Shown here: piece after piece, positions 35,084-41,324 of the stretch | How the letters are laid out: each line of letters opens with the position of its first letter | Numbering within the stretch: position 1 is the stretch's first letter | Virus record (IMG/VR): IMGVR_UViG_3300017700_000628 | Location: 1 to 45,525 of that record | Source of the DNA: a virus | Lineage: Duplodnaviria > Caudoviricetes | DNA length: 45,525 bases | Reading direction: 5' to 3' (one strand) | Program-made: the position numbers and the translations under genes | Notes under the pieces: generated by a model | What the model was told of the DNA's origin: nothing | The model's database searches: none | What the model saw: only the letters and a program-made list of their open reading frames with translations

Positions 35084-35260
35084 GGTTCTAGACTCCATCT
35101 TCCCTTAGACGGACGGCCCCTGCGTGACCCACCCCCCTCGGCACGCAGGGGCTACCCCCCTCTAAAATGGTTAGAACGGGTGGATTACCCCCAGCAGTGC
35201 CGGGCTAATTAAACGACGACGACTGAAAAAATCGCGTCCATCCGTTCTATCCTTTTCAGA
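35075..35260 (+). ncRNA. Candidate structured RNA of three hairpins; loop 1 is antisense to early-gene RBS leaders
   Basis: Stem 35075-35085/35103-35113 (11 bp perfect), stem 35116-35126/35142-35152 (11 bp perfect) and stem 35161-35184/35237-35260 (24 bp imperfect). Expression has not been shown. Confidence 0.6.
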
Positions 35261-35282
35261 GTGTACCACGAAAGGAAAGAGT

Positions 35283-35567
35283 ATGATCGAGTCAGTTCTA
35301 AACGGCGCAAACTTCCGGCCCGAGTCGGCGCGGAACCTCGTCAAGAAGCTGCAGATCGGCGAGATGCTTGAGCTGAAGCACGAGCCCTTCAACGCCTACG
35401 ACCCCAGCGCCGTTCAGGCCCTGTACGAGGGCATTCACATCGGCTACGTCGCGAAGGCAGACAACGCCGGCATCGCTGCCCACATGGAAGACGGCGGCGA
35501 GGTGACCTGCGAAGTCACCGGCTTCTTCTCCACCCTCAAGCCCACCCTGCGTATCGAGCTTCTCTAA
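35283..35567 (+). CDS. HIRAN domain protein
   Basis: GANFR...LELKHEPFNAYDPSAV...HIGYV signature. Confidence 0.85.
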   Translation: MIESVLNGANFRPESARNLVKKLQIGEMLELKHEPFNAYDPSAVQALYEGIHIGYVAKADNAGIAAHMEDGGEVTCEVTGFFSTLKPTLRIELL

Positions 35568-35755
35568 TGCTGGAGCTTCTCTACGAAGCGTACCACTCCG
35601 AGTACGGTATCGTCGTGGAAACCGATGACGTAGAGAAGCTCCGCCAGAAGCTGTACCAGCTGCGCAAACCGCACAAGGAGCTTGCATGTCTTTCATTCGC
35701 TACTTCCCCGATGCTGCCCAAAACCAACCTCTGGATCGTCCGTCGTCCAGACTAA
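35567..35755 (+). CDS. Hypothetical protein
   Basis: TAATG coupling. Confidence 0.65.
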   Translation: MLELLYEAYHSEYGIVVETDDVEKLRQKLYQLRKPHKELACLSFATSPMLPKTNLWIVRRPD

Positions 35756-35767
35756 CCGGAGCGTTTC

Positions 35768-35959
35768 ATGGCCAAAGCTGAAACCACCCTCGTCAAGCAC
35801 ACGCTGAACCTCCACAAGGGGGATTACCGGCGTGTGCAGGAGCTTTACCCTGACGTAGGCGCCGGTGCCGTCATCCGCCGCCTGCTCCGCAACTTCCTCG
35901 AGCGTGTCGACGCCGCAGGCGGAACGACTGACGAGCTTTCCGAGGAGGTCAAACTTTGA
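35768..35959 (+). CDS. Small protein, possible ribbon-helix-helix DNA binder
   Basis: A strand (KHTLNL) followed by two helices (VIRRLLRNFL), with a GGAG RBS. Confidence 0.55.
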   Translation: MAKAETTLVKHTLNLHKGDYRRVQELYPDVGAGAVIRRLLRNFLERVDAAGGTTDELSEEVKL

Positions 35960-36396
35960 CCGACATTTCCGAACTTGTAAATTTACGTGTAAAATACGAT
36001 CCCATTACAGGTATTTTTACATGGAAAAACTATGGGGCTAAAACCGGAAGAATTGCCGGAACAAGGACTGGTTTAGGCTATATCCGTATAGGCATAGCCG
36101 GTAAAGATTATATGGCGCATCGGCTTGCGTGGCTTATTGTGCATGGAACTTGGCCTAGCAATGTTATTGATCACATTAATGGAGTTGGCACTGATAATCG
36201 CATAGCTAATTTAAGAGATGTGTCTATCAGCGATAACGCAAAAAATCGTCGTGGCGCTAATACAAACAGCAAGACAGGATTAAGGGGCATTACACAGCAT
36301 CAAAACGGTTATATAATTAGAAAAAACGCTAAATATGTAGGAACCTGTACCAGCTTAACCGGCGCAAAAATCATGTGGGAGAACGCAAATGTCTGA
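35956..36396 (+). CDS. HNH homing endonuclease (HNH_3 type)
   Basis: YDPITGIFTW, HRLAW, IDHING..TDNRIANLR, N..SKTG. Visibly AT-rich DNA. Confidence 0.9.
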   Translation: MTDISELVNLRVKYDPITGIFTWKNYGAKTGRIAGTRTGLGYIRIGIAGKDYMAHRLAWLIVHGTWPSNVIDHINGVGTDNRIANLRDVSISDNAKNRRGANTNSKTGLRGITQHQNGYIIRKNAKYVGTCTSLTGAKIMWENANV

Positions 36397-36592
36397 CGTC
36401 CATGAGCTTATGCGGCGTGACCCGCTGAAGCTCACCAAGGCTGACGTTTCGCAGATCGTTCAGGTCATGCGGGAAAACCGGGGCCGCTTCACTGCCGGCA
36501 ATGCCAAGGCCGGGAGCACAAAGCCGCTGACCGAAAAGCAGAAGCAGCTTGGCGGCCTCGCCGAAACCCTCGGGCTGAAGATTTCCCTTTAA
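36389..36592 (+). CDS. Hypothetical protein ending LKISL
   Basis: GGAG RBS lies within the end of the HNH gene. Confidence 0.7.
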   Translation: MSDVHELMRRDPLKLTKADVSQIVQVMRENRGRFTAGNAKAGSTKPLTEKQKQLGGLAETLGLKISL

Positions 36593-36601
36593 GGAGGCCC
36601 A

Positions 36602-37537
36602 ATGGCCGACTCGCCTTACGACGCCCTAGGCCGTCAGTACGCCTGGGACAGCACCTCCATCAAATACGCCGAGGAATGTCTGTACAAGTACAAGCTGGCG
36701 ATGCTTGAAGGATGGCAGCCGGAGTCCAAGTCCGTCCATCTACTTTTTGGCGGCTGGTACGCAACGGCGCTGGAGCATTTCCACAAGCACCGCGCTGCAG
36801 GTATGGAGTGGGTCGACGCGGTTGAGACCGTCGTGCTTGAAGCCCTCGTCAACACATGGGAACATGAGCGGGATGAAGCTGGCGAGCGCCTCCCCGATAC
36901 CGGCTCCGCTTGGGAGTCCGACCACAACACCAAGACTCGCGAGAACCTGATCCGCACGATCATCTGGTACTTGGACCAGTTCGAGGACGACGCTGCGAAG
37001 ACAGTCATCTTGTCGAACGGACAAGCCGCAGTCGAATACTCCTTCACGATCAACGTAGACAACGGCATCACTTTTTCGGGCCACCTCGATCGTCTCGTTG
37101 AGTACGCCGGGCACATCTACGTGCAGGACCAGAAGACAACCGGCAACACGATCACGCAGAAGTTCTTCGAGGGCTTCTCCCCCGACACGCAGATGTCGAT
37201 GTACACTTTCGCCGGAAAGATGCTGTACAACATCCCCGTCCACGGAGTCATCATCGACGGCGCGCAGATCGCTGTAGGCTTCAGCCGTTTCGAGCGCGGC
37301 TTTGCGTGGCGTACGGCGGACCAGCTCGACGAGTGGTACACTGACACCATGTACCACATCGAGGCTGCGCGCAAGGCCGTGGAGGAAAATTACTTCCCCA
37401 TGAACCGCAGCTCATGCGGGAACTACGGCGGGTGCGAGTTTCGTAGCATTTGCTCCAAGTCGCCCGTCGTGCGCCAGCAGTACCTCAAGGGTACGTACGT
37501 TCAGCGCACCCCCTGGAACCCGTTGGAGAAAAGATAA
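36602..37537 (+). CDS. PD-(D/E)XK exonuclease, Cas4/AddB-like with Fe-S cysteines
   Basis: N-terminal Cys (CLYKY), GHLDRLV...VQDQKTT, QMSMY, and C-terminal CGNYGGCEFRSIC. Confidence 0.85.
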   Translation: MADSPYDALGRQYAWDSTSIKYAEECLYKYKLAMLEGWQPESKSVHLLFGGWYATALEHFHKHRAAGMEWVDAVETVVLEALVNTWEHERDEAGERLPDTGSAWESDHNTKTRENLIRTIIWYLDQFEDDAAKTVILSNGQAAVEYSFTINVDNGITFSGHLDRLVEYAGHIYVQDQKTTGNTITQKFFEGFSPDTQMSMYTFAGKMLYNIPVHGVIIDGAQIAVGFSRFERGFAWRTADQLDEWYTDTMYHIEAARKAVEENYFPMNRSSCGNYGGCEFRSICSKSPVVRQQYLKGTYVQRTPWNPLEKR

Positions 37538-38304
37538 TGGCCAGCCTTTCCGACCACGCATCTTCCCGCTTCGCTAAACTTCTCTACATCGGCGACAGCG
37601 GTTCTGGCAAGACCGGCTCTCTTGAGCCATTGCTCCGCGACGGCTATCACATGCGGATCATCGACATGGACAATGGGCTTGACTCCCTCGTCCAGTTCGC
37701 CAAGAAGAACTGCCCGGCCGCCCTTGGCAACGTCGAGTACGAGACCCTGCGCGACGCATACACCTCCACTCGCAGCGGCCCGATCGTCAAGTCAGCGAAA
37801 GCCTTCGTCGCCGCGCTGGAGAAGATGACGGAATGGGCCAAGATCGAGGACGATAACACAATCTTCGTCCTCGACTCCTTGTCCGCTTTCGGCAAGGCAG
37901 CTTTCGAGTGGGCCAAGGGGCTCAACCCTACGGCCAAAGACCCGCGCCAGTGGTACTTCGCCGCACAGCAGGCAGTCGAAAACACACTCGCCTTGCTTAC
38001 CTCCGAAGACTTCAAGATGAACGTGATCGTCATTTCCCACGTCAACTACAAGGAAGTCACCGAGGGAGTCCACAAGGGGTACGCCAACGCTATCGGCGCT
38101 GCCCTCGGCCCCATCATCCCGCGCTACTTCAACACCATGCTTCTCGCCGAGTCGCAGGGCTCCGGCACGAACACGAAGCGCAAGATCAAAACCATGCCCA
38201 CAGGCATCATCGACGTGAAGAACCCTGCGCCGAGCTTGCCTGCGGTACTCGATTTGGAGACGGGTTTGTCCGCCGTCTTCAAAGCCCTGAAGGGGCAAAA
38301 CTAG
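37537..38304 (+). CDS. P-loop ATPase (AAA_24 / Sak4-like recombinase)
   Basis: GDSGSGKT, IIDMDNG, FVLDSLS, VIVISH. Sits between the exonuclease and the SSB-like gene. Confidence 0.8.
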   Translation: MASLSDHASSRFAKLLYIGDSGSGKTGSLEPLLRDGYHMRIIDMDNGLDSLVQFAKKNCPAALGNVEYETLRDAYTSTRSGPIVKSAKAFVAALEKMTEWAKIEDDNTIFVLDSLSAFGKAAFEWAKGLNPTAKDPRQWYFAAQQAVENTLALLTSEDFKMNVIVISHVNYKEVTEGVHKGYANAIGAALGPIIPRYFNTMLLAESQGSGTNTKRKIKTMPTGIIDVKNPAPSLPAVLDLETGLSAVFKALKGQN

Positions 38305-38333
38305 GACTACCAACCTCAACAAGGAACTACAGC

Positions 38334-38792
38334 ATGTCTCTCAATTTCGCCGACCTCGCCAACAAGAAGATGTCCGACATCGAGGCAGTGCCCCTGCCGC
38401 CCGTCGGTCATTACCGCTGGAAGATCACCAAGCTGCCCGAGATCACCACCACTGCCGATGGCAAGTGGGACATCCTCAACATCCCCGTTCGTGCCGTCGA
38501 GGCTGTCGACGTCGAGGACATCGCGGAGTTCAAGGGCAAGCTGACTGACATCATGCAGTCGGTCCGCTTCATGTTCGACAAGAACGACGAGGTCGCCTTC
38601 CTGAAGTCGCTCAACCAGGTGAAGAAGTTCTTCTCCAAGCACGTCCGCTGCTGCGAGGAGGACGACGAAATCAAGATCGCCCTGAACAATTCCGTCGGTC
38701 AGGAGTTCATGGGCCAGATCGCCTGGAAGGCCGACAAGAATGACCCCGAGGTTTTCTTCGCCAACATCAGCAAGACCGGCCCGCTGGATTAA
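38334..38792 (+). CDS. Probable ssDNA-binding protein (DUF669-like)
   Basis: PLPPVGHY..KI motif and a beta-rich sequence. Follows the Sak4-like gene, with an AAGGA RBS and a terminator downstream. Confidence 0.6.
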   Translation: MSLNFADLANKKMSDIEAVPLPPVGHYRWKITKLPEITTTADGKWDILNIPVRAVEAVDVEDIAEFKGKLTDIMQSVRFMFDKNDEVAFLKSLNQVKKFFSKHVRCCEEDDEIKIALNNSVGQEFMGQIAWKADKNDPEVFFANISKTGPLD

Positions 38793-38799
38793 CTGAAGG

Positions 38800-38826
38800 A
38801 GGGGGGCGAAAGCTCCCCTTTTCTTT
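38800..38826 (+). terminator. Rho-independent terminator
   Basis: AGGGGGGC-GAAA-GCTCCCCT followed by TTTCTTT. Confidence 0.8.
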
Positions 38827-38848
38827 CCTCTTTTTCAGGACAGCCGCG

Positions 38849-39052
38849 ATGACCCCGATCTACTTTCTCTACTCCGCCCGTTCTTCCGGCTGGATGACAA
38901 CCTCCGGGATTTACAGCTCCGAAATCAAAGACGCCAAAGAGTTCTCGCAGGCGGAAGCTCTCAAACTCTGCAAGCTCCATTACAAAAATGGAATGTCGGA
39001 GTTCGGGCTTATCCCAGTTTCTTTTTCTGACATCAAGGCAATCCAGTCGTGA
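38849..39052 (+). CDS. Hypothetical protein
   Basis: AGGA RBS, and GTGA overlap with the next gene. Confidence 0.6.
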   Translation: MTPIYFLYSARSSGWMTTSGIYSSEIKDAKEFSQAEALKLCKLHYKNGMSEFGLIPVSFSDIKAIQS

Positions 39053-40371
39053 ATTTCAAAACAGTCCCCATCGACTCCATCACCGTCGATCGCGCGATCC
39101 GGCAGCGGCGCGAGCTGAACAACATCGAAGAACTCGCAGAGTCAATCCGGCGCGTTGGCGACGAGACAGGTGAGTGCGGGCTTATCAACCCCATCACTGT
39201 CAACAAGGACATGGTTCTGATCGCCGGCGAGCGCAGGCTTACCGCGTGCAAGATGCTTGGTTGGACCTCCATTCCCGTCCGCTTTTTTGAGAACCTTCCT
39301 GAACGCGAACAGCGTCTTGTCGAGCTGGAAGAAAACGTCCGGCGCCTCGGTCTTACGTGGCAGGAGGAAGTCAAGGCCGTGCAGGACTACCACAACCTGC
39401 GCAAGTCTTCCGAGCCCGACTGGTCGCAGGAAAAAACCGCCGAGGCCCTCGGCTTCACCGGCGCAACTGCCAACCGTTACCTTGTCGTCGCCTCGAAGAT
39501 GGATGACCCGCAGGTAGCGAAGGCGGACAAGTTTTCCACCGCCTTGGGCCTCGTCACCCGCGCGAGAGAACGTCAGGCTGCAAGCGTGCTCGAGTCCCTT
39601 GACGAGCCCGAAGTCGAAGAACAGGTTGACGGCGAACCTGCGCCCGCAGCGCCTGTCAAGGTCGTCGCAAAAATCCCCCTCATCAATGCAGATTTCATCG
39701 AGTGGTCCGCTGCGTACACCGGCCCGAAGTTCAACTTCCTGCATTGCGACTTTCCCTACGGCGTGAACATGCACGACAGCGGGCAGGGCGCCGGCCAGGG
39801 GTTCGGGACGTATCAGGATAGCCCTGATGTTTACTGGAAATTGCTTGACCATCTCAGCGCCGTCATGGACAAGCTCGTCGCCGACAGCGCTCATATGATC
39901 TTTTGGTTCTCGATGGACTTTTACAGCGACACATTAGTCCGGCTTAAGCTCATGGACTGGAACGTCTCCCCCTTTCCCCTCATCTGGCACAAGTCCGACA
40001 ATACAGGCATCCTACCAGACAGCAAGCGCCAGCCCCGCCGGGTGTACGAAACCGCATTCTTCTGCACTCGCGGCGATCGCTTCCTCGCCACTGGCCCGCA
40101 CGGCCAAGGCCCAGTTGCCAATTCCTTCGCCGCCCCAGGTCGCGACAAGTCGATCCACATGAACGAGAAGCCGGTAGAAATGCTCCGTCACTTCATGCGG
40201 TTGTGCGTTGACGAGTACTCCGTTATGCTTGACCCAACGTGCGGCAGCGGCAACGCGGTGAAAGCTGCAGAACTTCTCGGCGCCCACAGCGTCCTCGGCA
40301 TCGAGCGTGATCCGGAGTTCTACGCCCGCGCTGTTCAAGCCTACCCTGCGACAGGCCCGGTCACGCTCTAA
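39049..40371 (+). CDS. ParB-like N-terminal domain fused to an N6A/N4C DNA methyltransferase
   Basis: GLINPITV...LIAGERRL and ELEEN..R (ParB). Motif IV CDFPYG precedes H.NEKP and motif I LDPTCGSG (beta order). Confidence 0.85.
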   Translation: MNFKTVPIDSITVDRAIRQRRELNNIEELAESIRRVGDETGECGLINPITVNKDMVLIAGERRLTACKMLGWTSIPVRFFENLPEREQRLVELEENVRRLGLTWQEEVKAVQDYHNLRKSSEPDWSQEKTAEALGFTGATANRYLVVASKMDDPQVAKADKFSTALGLVTRARERQAASVLESLDEPEVEEQVDGEPAPAAPVKVVAKIPLINADFIEWSAAYTGPKFNFLHCDFPYGVNMHDSGQGAGQGFGTYQDSPDVYWKLLDHLSAVMDKLVADSAHMIFWFSMDFYSDTLVRLKLMDWNVSPFPLIWHKSDNTGILPDSKRQPRRVYETAFFCTRGDRFLATGPHGQGPVANSFAAPGRDKSIHMNEKPVEMLRHFMRLCVDEYSVMLDPTCGSGNAVKAAELLGAHSVLGIERDPEFYARAVQAYPATGPVTL

Positions 40372-41324
40372 TGTCAATCCTCCTTCTTGACGATTTCTGG
40401 AAAGAGGACGCTACGTCAGTCGAGGACAAGACTTCCTGGATTATCAAAGTTTTGCTTGCGCAGGTAGGCGTGGACATAAAGGACTGCCACAAGCTGTCCG
40501 TGATTAACGAGGAAACAAATGAGTGGAAAGTTCTCGGACCCAAAGCAGAAGGTTTCGGGCCTCAAGTTTCCACAGGAAAGTATGTCCGCAAAACCTTCCA
40601 GCCCGCCCTTGAGCGAACCAAAGAACGCATCGCCAAGCTCAGCCCTAATGTCATCGTCGGACTGGGCCAAATTCCTTCTTGGTTCCTGCTTAACACCGGA
40701 GGAGTTAAAGCGGTACGTGGCGCAGTTGCCGCATCCCCCTACGGAAAAACCATAGTCACCCATTCGGCCTCGGACATTATCCGAGACTGGAAACTTCGGC
40801 CTATCGTCATGAGCGACTTTGCAAAAGCTCGGGCCGAAAGCACCTCCCCTACCCTCGTCCGCCCATCGCGTAAAATCTGGATCGAGCCAACCCTGGCCGA
40901 CCTCGCTGAGTTTGAAGAAAGGTACATTCGCCATGCCGACCTCCTCTCCACCGACATTGAAACAAATGGAGATCAAATTACTTGCATCGGTTTCGCACCG
41001 AGCCCTGACGTGGGAATTGTCATCCCCCTATCTTGTACCTCACCAGCTCGAGGGAACAACTACTGGCCGACGCTCTCCGAAGAACTTGTGGCGTTAAGCT
41101 ACATCCGCCGTTGGTGCCAGCTTCCGGCCCTGTTCCAAAACGGACTGTACGACGTGCAGTTCCTTTGGCGCAGGTATGGCATAGCTGTACCCAACATGGC
41201 CGACGACACCATGCTGCTTCACCACGCGATGCAGCCAGAAATGCAAAAAGGTCTCGGCTTCCTCGGGTCGATCTATTCCAACGAGGCCTCTTGGAAGTTT
41301 ATGCGGAAAGCGAAACACGATTAA
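40371..41324 (+). CDS. Degenerate uracil-DNA-glycosylase-like domain plus N-terminal part of a DEDDy 3'-5' exonuclease
   Basis: PNVIVGLG...RG (family 4 UDG-like), ExoI STDIET, ExoII FQNGLYD, DDTMLLHH. Confidence 0.75.
   Translation: MSILLLDDFWKEDATSVEDKTSWIIKVLLAQVGVDIKDCHKLSVINEETNEWKVLGPKAEGFGPQVSTGKYVRKTFQPALERTKERIAKLSPNVIVGLGQIPSWFLLNTGGVKAVRGAVAASPYGKTIVTHSASDIIRDWKLRPIVMSDFAKARAESTSPTLVRPSRKIWIEPTLADLAEFEERYIRHADLLSTDIETNGDQITCIGFAPSPDVGIVIPLSCTSPARGNNYWPTLSEELVALSYIRRWCQLPALFQNGLYDVQFLWRRYGIAVPNMADDTMLLHHAMQPEMQKGLGFLGSIYSNEASWKFMRKAKHD

Noticed and set aside
35161-35260. tRNA or self-cleaving ribozyme
   Set aside because: No cloverleaf with a T-loop GTTC in the right context, and no hammerhead CTGANGA/GAAA core was found by eye.
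39049-39600. ParB as evidence of a plasmid-prophage partition system
   Set aside because: No ParA or plasmid Rep was recognised, and the domain is fused to a methyltransferase. Lifestyle cannot be decided from this.
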